This document shows positions 40,066-55,208 of a stretch of DNA of 64,000 bases, piece by piece. The translations under genes and the position numbers were made by a program. How positions within the stretch are numbered: the stretch's first letter is position 1; every line of letters starts with the position of its first letter. The notes beneath the pieces were generated by a model. That model was not told the DNA's origin. It saw only the letters and a list, made by a program, of their open reading frames with translations, and ran no database searches. Origin of the DNA: Eledone cirrhosa (lineage: Eukaryota); NCBI GenBank assembly GCA_964016885.1, contig OZ024742.1, positions 17,112,001 to 17,176,000 of the forward strand, in the 5' to 3' direction.

Positions 40066-41850
40066 ATGGACGTCGCCATAGATACAAGTGTCAACAAAGA
40101 GAAAAATATATTAACAATTGAAAATTTTAAAATTTCTAACGTCGAAGCAGAGAAAAATAACAATAACACACAGGAAAACACAGGAATTAAACCCAATAAC
40201 ATACATACACATGAAAAAGACATCAACAACTCTACAGATACATATACACATAATGTTTCACCTCGACAAGGAACTGAGATTTCCAACAACGATAACAACA
40301 ACAACAACAGCAACACCATACAAAATAAGAAAATGTCTTTCGCTGAAACAGTGAACAAAAAACAAGATTTTATAAATCTTGATATCTCCAACGCAAGAGA
40401 TATGCTCCAGCAAGGGAGAAAATTTGTAACTTTCGAAGAAAGAGGTGGGTTTAGAATTAACTCACGCCTTGAAATAAAGGTAGACACAATCCGCAGATCA
40501 GTCACTTTTTGGACTGTGTCAAATTCCACAAGAAAGCCGACATTTGTTAACTAAGCAGATATAGAAGATACTTTCAAGGAAATTCTAGCAAATGTCAATT
40601 TTCTCCAGCGAGGAAAACATTACGGAAGTGTTTCCGTGCTGTTTAAAAGCGAGGCACTCGCCCCAAAAACCTCTGTGACACCAATGGTGTCAAAAGCATA
40701 CACCTTTTCCCCTACATACATGGGGAAAAGGACACAAAAAATAAAAATAAAAAAACATACCACCAAACATTAACATCTGGTGGATCTTGGCTGGCTTCGT
40801 AGAGCCAGAAACTGATATGATACTTTCGATACGAAAATCTATTCGACAAAGGTGGGCGGGCACAGATTTGGAGATTCTGTTGCAAATGAAACCGGAAAGA
40901 ATCTCCAAAATACCCGAAAGAGTCGTTATTGATAATAAGAACAAAATAAACATTTCAGTAGAAGGACGAAAATGTCATTGCTTTCGCTGTGGTAGCACAG
41001 CTCACCTAAAAGCCTCTTGTCCACAAATACACAACAACAACATCATAAAAAAAACGCTATTACCAACACCAACACCAAAACAACCACCACCACCACCACA
41101 AGTACAACGACAGACGAAACGAGCAACAACACCAAAACAAACAGACACTCAACCAACAACAACAGAAAAAAACAGAGACAGCACCCTGAAGAACACAGCC
41201 CCACACCATCCCACTCCATCAAACACTACCACAAACACACATACCGAAATACCACCACCACACAACATACCCTTACCCCACACACCTGACGATGGTTATT
41301 CATCGACGGATGAAGCTGCTTCTCTTTCTTTAAGTGAAGAAGAGGGAGAACCGCGGAAATCTAAGAAACAAAAAAGTGGCACCACAAAACCCCCAAAACT
41401 CTAATCACCAACACCAACACACAACCACAGACACAAACAACAACACAAACAACACCACAGTCAAACATCCCCCTATCAGCAAAATCAGCACCAACACCAC
41501 CCCAAACACAAGCACGCACCATAAAAAGAAAACTCCCGGACGAACAACAAACTAAAACAACACAACAAAAACACAAACAACAATACGCATACATCGACAC
41601 AAACAACAAGAGTTTGATGGAGTTCATCTCCCAAAACCCCAAGGTGGAGACGGAGGGCAAAACTTTCGACAATGCAGAATCGTCTCCACACCTTAAACTT
41701 ATAAGAGTTTCTATGGAAACCTATAATGACCTAAAAAATAAATGTTTACAAGACGTGGGCAACCCCCTTCCACAAACCCATCAACCGCGTCCTGTTAAAA
41801 TGTTTCCCCACCCCACCCAACACCCCATCCAGCACCCAAATGGAGATTGA
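40066..41850 (+). pseudogene. Tx1 ORF1 (gag-like, disrupted)
   Basis: SFAETV motif, CFRCGSTAHLKASC zinc knuckle, P/T-rich tail; stops and frameshifts. Confidence 0.75.
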
Positions 41851-41922
41851 ACAACCCGATCTCCAGAAAACGAAAAGGTAAGTACACCTTTCGTCCTTTT
41901 TCTCCAACTTTTCTTCACCAAC

Positions 41923-44900
41923 ATGGCTAGTTTACGAGTTGCAACTGTGAATGTGCGTGGCCTAGGGATGCCCTGGAAACAGGGCCAACTTTTAAACGAC
42001 CTTAGGTCACACAGTATGGATGTGATAGCCATCACCGGATCCAGGATCCACAACAGGCAGCAACTAACTCCCATTTTCGACGACTTTGAGATCTACGCAT
42101 CTCTCTGTCAGTCAGGAGCTGGAGGTGGAGTGGCTGTCATGTTTCGGAAGAACCTGGACGTCGGAGTACAGCAAGTACACTTTGAGCCGGAGGGTAAACT
42201 GGTAGTCCTAGACGTGAACAGTATTGGAGGTGGAGCCTTCAGACTGGTGGCCGTTTATGCCCCGACCGGGCAATCGCATCACGGCCAGACTTCTTTAAGC
42301 GTCTACAGTCCTTTCTGGGAACGTCTCGCTCCTTACTTTTAGTGGGGGACTGGAATGGTATCCTAGATTCACAATGGGACTATGTGGGAGCATGTCCCAG
42401 TAGAGCGGGGTGCAACAGCCTCAAAACTTTAATCGGCCAATTCCAACTGGCCGATAGGTATCGACTGGATTTCCCGACTGCACCACAGTGGACGTCGGCA
42501 AACCGCAGTGGGACATCTAGATCGTATTTAGATAGGTTAGTCATTAGAGAAAGGGACAAGGAGATGTTAAGCTGTCCACGAATGCACATGGTTGCCTATT
42601 CAGATCACAAGTTAGTCGTCTGCTTAGTCAACCGTGATAGAACACATAGACAGGGTCCCGGATACTGGAAGCTGAACGTGTCGTTGCCGGCACGTAAAGC
42701 TTACAGTGAACGGATAAGTAGACTAGTCAAGCAACAGTTAACGGGAGCCATCGTCAACAATAGATGGTGGTACTCTCTCAATAAAGCAATTAGAGTAGAA
42801 TCGATAGGGTATAGCGGAGAGTTAGCCTTAGAGAAAAAGAGAATAGAAAGAGAACTAGTAGCCAAGGTAGAGGAGGCACTTAGAAGTGGCAACGCGGCTA
42901 GAGTGTTAGCGTCGAGAACGGCACTGCACCAGTTCTTCGATGCTAAACACGAAGGCTGCGTGGTCAGGAGCAAAACACGTGCTCTTGGAAACGAAGGAGC
43001 GAAAGCTGTCAGCTGGGCCCGAGTGGCGGAGGCAAAAAGTGGCAACAAGTCAACGATTCGGTCTTTGAAAGACCAAAACGGACGCGTGCTACTTGACCCC
43101 AAGCAAGTGTGCGCGGCCTTTCAGCGGCACTATGTGCGACTGTTTGTGCAGAACGACGGTGAGCCGAACGGGGCAATGGACTTTAGTTCATACCTCGACG
43201 GCCTGCCGCGTCTCTCGAACACGGACGCCGAGTTCTGCGAAAGACCGCTCACGGACACTGAGATATGGGACGCTCTGGGCCGCTGCGCGAAACGCAAGTC
43301 ACCCGGTCTAGATGGTCTACCCTACGAATTTTACATAGGCATGCCGGACTTGTTCTCTGGCGTCCTCGAAGCCGTCTACTGCAATTGCCAGCAGAACGGG
43401 AGAATTCCCAGTTGTGCAGGTAAGGGCGTAGTAACGTTGATCAGGAAAGACGAGAACAAGGGGGACGAAATTAATAACTTCAGGCCCATAACTCTGATCA
43501 ACACAGAGTTAATGATTTTGGCCAAGGTGCTAGCGACGAGGTTGGCGCTTGTCGTCGAGAACCTGGTAGGGAAAGCGCAAATGTGTGCAATCCCGACCAA
43601 GTCCATACACGACAACCACCACCTCATGCGATACATCATAGAGAGGGTGGGTAGTAAACCCGGCTTCAGTGGGGTTCTGATCAACTTGGATCAGACTAAG
43701 GCATTCGATAAGGTCGACCATCGATACTTGGAACCGGTTCTCAAGGCGGCCGGTTTCGGTCCCGTGTTCAGAGGATTGATCGAGGCGATGCACACCAGCA
43801 TCTGCTCGAGGGTCAAAGTGAACGGCTACCTATCGGAGCCGTTCGCAATCACGCGTTCCATTCGACAGGGGTGCCCTCTCTCCTCCATTCTGTATGTATT
43901 GACTCTAGAGCCACTACTGCGGAAATTGGAGCTGTTGAAGGGCATCCCTCTAGAACCGGGACTGCGCAAAGCGCGGCGTCGGCTTATGCCGACGACGTGA
44001 CGGTAATGGTGTCGAGCACCTCGGAAATCGGGGTGAGCGGCAACTTACTGAAAGAATACGAAACGCTGACGGGAGCAAAACTAAACCCGGACAAGTCTGT
44101 CGGTTTGCAACTCGGTACGTGGAGAGGCAAACCGATGACGTCCGATAGCATCATTGGTCGCTGGACGGACGGACCGGTGAAATTGCTCGGGGTCTGGTTC
44201 GGTCCAGACCTCCAGGTGGAGAAAAACTGGAACGAGGTCACGGTCAAGGTGTTTGCACTCACCCAGAAGTGGGCAGAGTGCAAACTGTCCTTGAAAGGTC
44301 GAGCGGAGGTGGCGAACACTTTCATAGCGTCTGTCATCTACTACCGCTTGACTGTCGTGCCTTGTCCCCGTGAACACCTCGCCAAGATGGAACGCATGCT
44401 CTTCTAGTTTCTGTGGAAGAAGCAGGCTCCGCTGGTGAGGAGATCCGTCTGCTGTCAGCACCCTTCCAACGGAGGGCTGGGAATGCTGTGGCTGATGATG
44501 CGCAAACATGCGCTGAGGCTGCGGAATCTCCAGGTATTCCTCACCGACCCCCAACCGGTGTGGGCACCGTTTGTGAGACAGGCTTTCCCACAGCTCGTCT
44601 CGCTGACGGAGCTGCAGTCCTGGGTGAAGAAAAGACCGAAAACGATGGGCGCCTGGCACATTGAATGCGCTCATGCACTCACAATCCTCTGGCAAGCGGG
44701 CGCAGCAATCAGTGGAGACTCCACTTCGACATTCTATAGAGGGATTGTACGTTACAAGGGCGACGACGTGCTCGGAGAGACTCAGGGCGTCGAAGACGAT
44801 GAGCTCACCAGTCTGTTTGGTAGGACTTTCCGCCCGGGACCTATGGACAACTTCCAGAGGTCCCTGGCCTGGCAGTGCTACCGAGGAGCTCTACCGGTTC

Positions 44901-45370
44901 GTGACAAGATCTACAAACACGGACGCCCCGGCAGGGATCCTTCCAAGAGGACGTGTCCAAGATGCGCGCATGACATTGAAACAGTCCTGCACGCAATTGT
45001 ACACTGCCCGGGCATAACCGACCTGTGGAACTATGCAGAACAACTGCTGTCACGTATGGGACAAATCCAGTTGACTGCCGAGCCCATAGTAAGGATCAAA
45101 CCGCCAGCCTCTTTCAAAAACGAAAGAGAGGCCGTTTTCCTCTGTACGGTGGCTATGGTAAAAGAAGTTATATGGTGGACGAGGTTGAGAGGACTGAGGA
45201 CAGATGCCTTTCTCTCCGGACAACAATTGATTCCCTTCTTTAAGTATCACTTTAGAAGGATAATCAAGGTGGAGAGAGAGGCACTGCACCCCAGTAAATT
45301 TACTGAAAGGTGGGTGAATGAAGCGAAAATGGCCCGAGTGATTGGGCCTTCTCTGTTTATAAGCCTGTAG
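41923..45370 (+). pseudogene. Tx1 ORF2 (APE + RT + C-terminal zinc finger), disrupted
   Basis: TVNVRGL, VYAP, GDWN, SYLDR, SDH, GPGYWKLN, KSPGLDGL, FRPITL, DQTKAFD, RQGCPLS, YADD, GGLG, CPRC. Confidence 0.95.
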
Positions 45371-45779
45371 GTTGAGGAAGAGAGCAAAAGGAAGAAAGGA
45401 GCCCTTGCACAACACGCTCCTGGAGTTGAGGGTTGTTCTATCGACGGGGTATTAAACAACCCATTTGTGGTGCCTCCCTCCTATTGGGGATTTCGATTGT
45501 TGTAATTGTTTGTTTTTATATTGTTTACACGACTGTATGTAAAATCCTCGGCATGTCTTTGTATTGTCCCCTTTTCTTGTGCGCCCTTGTGGCTAATAAA
45601 GAAATATATCTATCTATCGATCTATCGATCGATCTATTCATCTATCCTGGTCTATAATTTGCAAACTGTCTTTATGTTATTCGAAACGACTACTAACAAC
45701 ATTACTATCAAAATAGGAATCACCACCAAAACTCTCAGCACCACTATCACAAACATCAACAACACAAGCAACACTAACA

Positions 45780-47700
45780 CAACTTCTACCACCACCACAA
45801 ACACCAGCAGAAACCACAACACTACCATCACCACAACACCACTAGCACCACAACACTACCAGCACCACAACACAACCAACTCCACAACACCACCAGCTCC
45901 ACAACACCAACAGCACCACAACACAACCAACTCCACAACACCACCAGCTCCACAAAACCACCAGCACCACAACACCACTAGCACCACAACACCACTAGCA
46001 CCACAACACTACCATCACCACAACACCACCAGCACCACAATACCACCAGCACCACAACACCACCAGCACCACAACACCACCAGCACCAAAACACCACCAG
46101 CACCACACCACCATCACCACAACACCAGCAGCATCACAACAACACCAGCACCACAACACCACCATCACCGTCAACATCAAACATAACAACCGGAACCACA
46201 AACACCAACCTCTATACACCACCCCCCAACACATACAATACCAATGCAACCACCACAACTAACAGAACGACCAACAACATAACTCCCAACACCAGCAGTG
46301 CTACCAACTAGTGCTATCACGAACACAATAATTTCTATACCACCACCAACACAACACCACCACCACTACCAACAACACTGCCATCACAAACACCACAACT
46401 ACCAACCTCCAACACAAATACCTACACCATACCACTAACACCAACCACCACCACCACCACCAACACAACACCACCACCACTACCAACAACACTGCCATCA
46501 CAAACACCACAACTACCAACACCAACACAAATACCTACACCATACCACTAACACCAACCACCACCACCACCACCAACACAACACCACCACCACTACCAAC
46601 AACACTGCCATCACAAACACCACAACTACCAACACCAACACATATACCTACACCATACCACTAACACCAACCACCACCACCACCACCAACACAACACCAC
46701 CACCACTACCAACAACACTGCCATCACAAACACCACAACTACCAACCTCCAACACAAATACCTACACCATACCACTAACACCAACCACCACCACCACCAC
46801 CACCACCAACGCAACACCACCACTACCAACAACACTGCCATCACAAACACCACAACTACCAACACCAACACAAATACCTACACCATACCACTAACACCAA
46901 CCACCACCACCACCACCAACACAACACCACCACCACTACCAACAACACTGCCATCACAAACACCACAACTACCAACCTCCAACACAAATACCTACACCAT
47001 ACCACTAACACCAACCACCACCACCACCACCACCACCAACGCAACACCACCACCACTACCAACAACACTGCCATCACAAACACCACAACTACCAACACCA
47101 ACACAAATACCTACACCATACCACTAACACCAACCACCACCACCACCACCAACACAACACCACCACCACTACCAACAACACTGCCATCACAAACACCACA
47201 ACTACCAACACCAACACAAATACCTACACCATACCACTAACACCAACCACCACCACCACCACCAACGCAACACCACCACCACTACCAACAACACTGCCAT
47301 CACAAACACCACAACTACCAACCTCCAACACAAATACCTACACCATACCACTAACACCAACCACCACCACCACCACCACCACCACCACCACCACCAACAC
47401 AACACCACCACCACTACCAACAACACTGCCATCACAAACACCACAACTACCAACCTCCAACACAAATACCTACACCATACCACTAACACCAACCGCCACC
47501 ACCACCACCAACACAACACCACCACCACTACCAACAACACTGCCATCACAAACACCACAACTACCAACACCAACACAAATACCTACACCATACCACTAAC
47601 ACCAACCACCACCACCACCACCAACACAACACCACCACCACTACCAACCACCAACAGAACATCATCACCACCACCAACACAACACAACACCACCAGCACC
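45780..47700. repeat. CAC/CAA-rich satellite; 11 copies of a ~113-130-bp unit at 46340-47650
   Basis: CTGCCATCACAAACACCACAACTACCAAC recurs 11 times. Confidence 0.9.
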
Positions 47701-48065
47701 ACCAATACAACACCACCATCATCACCATCATCAAAGATCATACCAGTAGCAATATTTGTATTCAGATTATCAATGTAACTTGGCAGGTGTTACACAGAAC
47801 TCTATCCATATTTACCTCTAAGGCATATTCACCTTTGCTATTCCCTGCATATCTCTCATGTTTTCAAGCTATTTTCATCTCTATATTTATTTTTTAAAGA
47901 TACTATGTTGTTGTTGATGTTGATGTTAAAGTCATTTTGTTTCTATCATCGCTGTCCTTCTGGGTTTTAATCATGTTTGTTACATATTTGTTTATATTAT
48001 ACTTTTATGCTATTTTTTCTTTTATTCAGAATTTGTTTTTGTCATTATTGTTTGTATTATTTGTT

Positions 48066-48421
48066 CAGAAGACTCAATATGAACAATAACTAACACAACA
48101 AACAATATGAAACATAATAATCAAAACATACAATGTGAACAACAACTAACACAACAAATAATTGTTTCTACTTTTGGCACAAGGCCATCAATTATCCCAG
48201 TGCATTACTGCTGAGATCAAATCCCGCCGAGGTTAACCTTGCCCTTCATCCTTACGGGGTCGATAAAATAAAGTACCAGTAATGCACTGGGATAATTGAT
48301 GGCCTTGTGCCAAAAGTAGAAACAATTATTTGTTGTGTTAGTTGTTGTTCACATTGTATGTTTTGATTATTATGTTTCATATTGTTTGTTGTGTTAGTTA
48401 TTGTTCATATTGAGTCTTCTG
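48066..48421. repeat. 145-bp inverted repeat made of a SINE tail plus flanking DNA
   Basis: 48066-48210 is the reverse complement of 48277-48421; spacer is the SINE B-box/core. Confidence 0.9.
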
Positions 48422-48496
48422 TTTTTTTTTATTGATATTGCTTTTATGTTATGATTTGATCGTTTTGCTATTTAGTGAGGTTTAGTACCACCTTAT

Positions 48497-48728
48497 TTCT
48501 TCTTCTTCTTCTTCTTCTTCTTCTTCTTCTTCTTCTTCTTCTTCTTCTTCTTCTTCTTCTTCTTCTTCTTCTTCTTCTTCTCCCACTTATTCCTCAGAGT
48601 GTTGAGGGGGCAAAGTCCTCAAACACTTCTTTCACCGGGTCCTGTCAGTAGCAACCGACTCCAACTGATCCGGCTGAATTCCAAAGTGACACCAGCCAAG
48701 CTCATGGACGTTATCCAACCATCTTGCT
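48497..48728 (-). mobile_element. RTE 3' end with (AAG)n tail
   Basis: Homology to 34810-34945. Confidence 0.65.
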
Positions 48729-49874
48729 TGTGTCAGATGCTGTGACCCCCGGTTGCACTAGCAGTACTGTTGGTAGGAGTCGAAACAGCCAAAGTCCACC
48801 CCAACGGCCGATGGCCCTGGAGTTCTGTATCTTTTATTTGTATTTCTATTTAAAAAATTAAAAAATTCTTTAAGGTTCCCTTTTATATATACGCACCAAA
48901 TGCATACAATACATACATTAGTCGTAAATAGATCAGGCTGGATTATCTTAACTGCAGCACTTGTAATCGTAGATCTGTTAGATCAGGGATAAACTATGAA
49001 TAAACAACTTCAACAGTTACACAATAAAAATAAGTTGAAGTAGAAAGACTACTACAACAAATAGTGATATTATTGTAAGTAGATCCGCTTCAGTCAGCCG
49101 GATCACCATATAATGAATGTGTTCTTTGTTGCGTTGCAAAGTTCCGTTCTACAATGATATTGCAGATAATAACACAATACTAGACCATTACCATATTTTA
49201 ATTCACCAGTAATTTCTATGTCTAATATGATATTCTACACAATCATGCTATATACACATATATGTAAAGTGCTCTTATTTTATGGTGATTTTAATTGTCA
49301 CATATACAGGGTGTCCACAAAAATGTATACGCACTTTGATTAGAATGCTGTTGAAGTGTGTATATATTTTGGGGGGACACCCAGTACATGCTACGACGAG
49401 TTATTGTCAACTTGCAAGCAAGCTTTAACATTTGTCTAGTATTGTAGTTATATGTCTACAGATTCTAAAATATCTGTTGAAGCTTTGATTTCTGTCTGTT
49501 ATCTAATGTAAATGTTATTCACAAATAATTTATTGATCCAGTAAAATGTGATGGGTTTCAATTTGATATCATGTCTTTCAATTAAATTGTAATTGAGTCG
49601 TATCGCATAGCATAATAAGAAACAATATAGTAATAATTAGAGATACGGTCAATAATTGGGAAACATTGCTCAAAAACTATGTCTTAGGTCCTCCCATACC
49701 CCGGGGCAAACTGGGCAATGGGTCTCCAATTCACACGATTAGCCGCGGAGCCCCGTGCAATCTACCAGTCCAGACCAATCTCCCGGAGACATCCCACCCC
49801 GAAAGTTGAGCGCCAGGTTTTCTTGGGTCTCCCTTTTTTTCCACTTGACACCGACTTTCTACCTCATCTCTCTG

Positions 49875-49991
<117 letters not shown>

Positions 49992-50183
49992 CTTGAAAAC
50001 AAATTTCTATATCATTGTCAGTTAATGTTCTTTGCGATTGGTGAATAACAAGCCTTTCAATGTATTTATTGTATATAAATCTATAGTACATGCTTTCATA
50101 TACACACCTATTATGTTTAAACGCTGTTTGATTGCTGCTGCCAATTAATTAAAACTGAACAATTCACATTATATGCAAATGAG

Positions 50184-50274
50184 GTTGACTTTACTTTCAT
50201 CCTTACGGGGTCGATAAAATAAAGTACCAGTAATGCACTGGATATTTGCTGGCCTTGTGCCTAAAGTAGAAACA
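50184..50274 (+). mobile_element. 5'-truncated SINE with 16-bp TSD
   Basis: TSD ATTATATGCAAATGAG at 50168-50183 and 50275-50290. Confidence 0.85.
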
Positions 50275-50705
50275 ATTATATGCAAATGAGCATTTCCAGC
50301 CGATGTTTTCTATTTACTCTCTCTCTCATTCGTCTTCGACTTTCCACCCTCCTTCAGCCCATCTCATTGTTATCTATCTTTTAAATTCAGTACACAGTAG
50401 AACTTTCGTTAAGGACAGCCACCCAGCGACACGTCGTGGGCGACAGTAAATTTTTCTCTTCTTCCAGCGCTGGCTTCTTGCATATTTTACATGTTAAATC
50501 TATTGTTTTATTTCTAGTCGAACTATTTTTATGCGTTTGACTCTGTTTTGGCCGAAAGACATAGGTAAATTGTCCTGTCTATTTTCTGTTTTATTATCGT
50601 CTCAGAAGTTTCCTCGTGACAGGGTGGTTCTCCAATTTGTTGCACAAACCAACTGTTTTGTATCTGTGTATGTATATCTATGCATATACATATATGTATG
50701 TACAG

Positions 50706-50736
<31 letters not shown>

Positions 50737-51019
50737 CTACCCAAGGAATTTTCAACTGATAAGGTATGTTTTCCTTGGCTATGTCAAAATTTAGAAAACT
50801 CTTTATATTTTATCTAATGAACGCGTACCAAAGTTTTTGGTACCCTTGAAATATATATAATAGAATAAATATGGTTTTATAAATATAGTTTCCTTTTATT
50901 TAATATCATTGAATATTTACTCCAGAAACTTGTCGAGTGCTCTGAATCAGTTATAAACATTTATATTTGTGGAATTTCCAACAAATTAAATATCCCTTCC
51001 ACTTATGTATATATATATA

Positions 51020-51466
51020 TATACGCACGCACACACCGACTTACACCCCACCCACACACCTTTTCCTGAACATGGAACCTCGTTCTTCCTCTCACATACA
51101 CACGCACACACACTCACGTACACCTACACACATACACAAACACCACCTTCAGTCTTCCCCACTTCGACCCCCCGCCTCCCTCTCCCAACTCCACCCGCCA
51201 CCACCCTTACACGCCTCACACCCTTCCACCACTTGTTCAACTTATTGTTTATTCTTATGTTTATTTTTACGTTTATTTTTATTTTTATTTGTTCTCCTTC
51301 CCCCTTTTTTCTAAATGTATTTCCACACACCCTCGGAACTCTCTTCCTAACCTATTTATCCTGAAGAAGGGCTTATGCCCGAAACGCCCTCCCCCCCACA
51401 CTCTCAAGAGCGTGAACCTAATAACCCTTTATTTGCCTGCCTCTGTTTTGTTCCCGTCTAAATGTG

Positions 51467-51470
<4 letters not shown>
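51020..51470 (+). mobile_element. 3' fragment of the Penelope family at 59578-62278
   Basis: Shared TTCCTGAACATG..CGTTCTTCC and CCTGAAGAAGGGCTTATGCCCGAAACG. Confidence 0.75.
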
Positions 51471-51518
<48 letters not shown>

Positions 51519-51520
<2 letters not shown>

Positions 51521-51713
51521 CAAGGGAATTGTGGTAAGGAACCAGATGGACCATAACGCACGAGAGTACTCAATACTTAGGGTAGTAGAGTGGGAAATAG
51601 GAAAAGGTATGACCCCGACGGCAGAGCTCTAGCCGTTTCGACGGCTATTTCTGAGTCCAGAAATAGCCGTCGAAACGGCTAGAGCTCTGCCGTCGAGTTC
51701 ATACTTTTTCCTA
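51519..51713 (-). mobile_element. Family B fold-back
   Basis: Hairpin 51598-51713 plus tail, flanked by (TA)n. Confidence 0.8.
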
Positions 51714-51774
51714 TATATATATAAATACATATATAAATATATAAATATATATAAATATATATATATATATATAA

Positions 51775-51804
<30 letters not shown>

Positions 51805-51805
<1 letters not shown>

Positions 51806-52116
51806 ATTATTATTATTATGTAATAAACAACATAAGGCAATTATTCCATTTACCAGTGGCTTCTTAAAAGCAAAAGGTTTTGCTTTCAATCCTCAGAATG
51901 AAAAATCCTGGTTTGTTTATTGAATATGGATTCTAAAAACAAAAATGCAATCTATATGAAAGTGAGGCTGGAAAAGGGAGAAGGAAAGGAAAAATAAAAT
52001 AAAACTACACATGCAAACACACACAAAAAAACACAAAAGCATACTTACACACACATACATATATACACATATATATAAATGCACGCATACACATATACAT
52101 ATACACACACATATAC

Positions 52117-52197
<81 letters not shown>

Positions 52198-52256
52198 AAG
52201 AGCGTACACCTACACACACATACACATATATACACACATATACACATACATATATT

Positions 52257-52287
<31 letters not shown>

Positions 52288-52620
52288 ATACAAACACACA
52301 CACACACACATACACACACACATATATATACATACACATACATACATTCACACAAACATACAACGTACATACACATACATGAATGCACTCCACTACATAT
52401 TAACACACGCAAATAAATATAAGAAAAAAATATATAAATATATATTAACAAATTTTTGACAGCGATACATGCCCCAGCTAACAGGACAGACACGCGTGGT
52501 AAGTAATACACACATAAGCACATATACATACGTTCGAAATAGTTAACACGTACATACACATACATACACAAACACGTACACGTATACAATATAAACACAC
52601 ACATGTATATGTAATTATAT

Positions 52621-52657
<37 letters not shown>

Positions 52658-53261
52658 CATACAAAAATATAAAAATAAAAAAATATATAAACGCACACAC
52701 ACATATAAATACGTAAACACACATATACATACATAGCTAAACAATTATACACATGCAAATACGTATATATCAAAAGAACGCACAACCAAATACAAACACA
52801 CACACATATACACACACACACACCCACACACAAACCCACACAGACATAAACATAAATAAATACACACGCACACATATACATACATACACATACATATACA
52901 TATATACATATATACACATACATATATATATATACACATATATATATAAATATATATATATATATACACACATACACGTACACATACACACATGCATACA
53001 CATACACACACACATATACATGTGTGTATGTGTAAAGCTCAGTATTAGATAAGACAAATGAACCTTACATAAACGTATATATAGTAGTAAAGTAATAAAG
53101 CCATACAAGGCAATTAATCCATTCACCAGAGGTTTCTTAAAAGCAAAAAAAGTTTCCTTCAATCTTCAGAATGAAAAAAAGGCCTGGTTTATCCACATAT
53201 ACATACATATACACACACAAATATACAAATATATACACACATACAGACACGCACACACACA

Positions 53262-53295
<34 letters not shown>

Positions 53296-55018
53296 CAGAC
53301 ATATATACATACATATATATACACATACATATATATACATACATACATACATATATATATACATACACAAACATATACGTACACATATACATATATACAC
53401 ACAAAAATACATACACATACACATAGGTATGTGAGGGGCAAAACAAAAAGAATATATGGGGGGGGGCTAAGAGGAGGTAAAAATATAATGGGAGGTAAGG
53501 GAGAAAAAATTTTTAAATATACAAGAGTACAGAAGGTAGAAGCAGCAAAATAAAAACCGTAGCAAAAGTAAAGAGCAGAGAAGGAGTTCAAGGCGGTTGA
53601 TTTATCGTAGGAGTGTCAATCCAGTTACAGATCAGATGCGATTTCAGATGAGGACAGCATCTGAAGATCTCAGTCTTAGAGTTAAGGCAAGCGGAAGTGT
53701 CTCTCAAGTTTAGCAAAATCCTATACTTTTCTGTGGTACACAAAGAACAATTCTTTGTGCCCCTTTGGTACTCCCTCGAAAGGTCTAATATAGACCAATC
53801 AATAGAGTACGGGATATTACTATCCTTGAGATCCCATACCTTACTTGCGAGGGCCGTTGATGTTCGTTTATCTGAGTGTTTAAAAGAAGCGACATGTGAG
53901 TAAAATCTGGTTTTAAACCTGTCCTGGGTCATACCGACATATCGCTCGCTTCTGGCTGGCTGGTTGTTGATAAGTGGCGTTATTTTAGCCTCATAAACGA
54001 CAGATTTTGTGTTACATTTACCCTGCAATGGGCATTCATCCGGCTTCCTGCAACTGCATCCTGGATTTATCCTCGTACGGTTTGAACTGGTGATTTTGGA
54101 CTTCATTGATGGGCAACAAGAGTAGCTTATCTTAACTACATTCCTATTAAAAATCTTATAATATCTATGAATAGGAGGAAAATGTTTGTCTAATAGTTCA
54201 AGGAATTTCCTTCCTACATTAGTTTTGACATTTAGAGAGAAGGGGGGTGTGAACCAAATAATCTTCCTTTTCCTGTTATTATGGTTAGTTTTAGGGGGGG
54301 AGTAGGTAAATAAGAAATATTTTCTGTAAAACCGCTGTTCTTAAGGGCTTTATTATAATAAGGGGCGGCTTTATTAAAAATGTCTATAGACGAAGATAAG
54401 GTAGAAATCCTACGGCTAATGTTAGGAATAAGATTATTAAAAACTATAGGGGGATGGCAAGACTCTTTGTGTATATACCTAAGATTTTCATTAGGTTTAT
54501 GATAGGGTTTAAAAGAGGCAGTAAGTAGATCAAGATTAATATCAAGAAAGTTAGCATTAGTAAGGTTCGTATCTATAGTAATTTTAAGGTTAAGATTAGC
54601 AAAGGTACTAATTAAATCTTTACGGAATTTATCAAGATTATGGCCATTGGTGGTATGAGAAACTGCTAATCCGTCATCACGGTATAAACCGATATTATGG
54701 GACGGAAATTTCTCTTTGAGTGTGTGGAGAAGGAATAATCCTACTAAGTCGCACACATCCGCACTGTCATAAGAACCCATTGCAACATCGAAAGAGTTTT
54801 CAGGGTTTGACTTTTTAACCCAAATATTATCATTAGTAAAAAGTAAAGTTTTCTGGCATGAAAGATAATGTCCTCTTCTAATTTGGAGATATTAATGAAG
54901 GGTCTTGCAAAATCTAAGGCTTTAGTTAATAAGGAAACAGTAATAGAAGGGTAAAAATCGACAATATCAAATTGGGTAAATCTACACTTATTTTTACCTT
55001 GTATATTATTGGTGTGTT

Positions 55019-55059
<41 letters not shown>

Positions 55060-55121
55060 ATGAATATATGTATGTGTATATGTGTGTATATATGTGTATG
55101 TGTGTGTAGGTGTACGCTCTT

Positions 55122-55208
<87 letters not shown>

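Larger units (their letters stand above)
39775..45605 (+). mobile_element. Near full-length L1/Tx1-clade LINE
   Basis: ORF1 with CCHC knuckle, ORF2 APE-RT-zinc finger, AATAAA then (TCTA)-like tail. Confidence 0.9.

Noticed and set aside
45506-46186. Mucin-like T/P/H/Q-rich 226-aa ORF
   Set aside because: Begins in the LINE 3' UTR and reads through CAC/CAA repeats
50168-50290. Paired octamer motifs (ATGCAAAT) as a regulatory module
   Set aside because: They are the SINE target-site duplication
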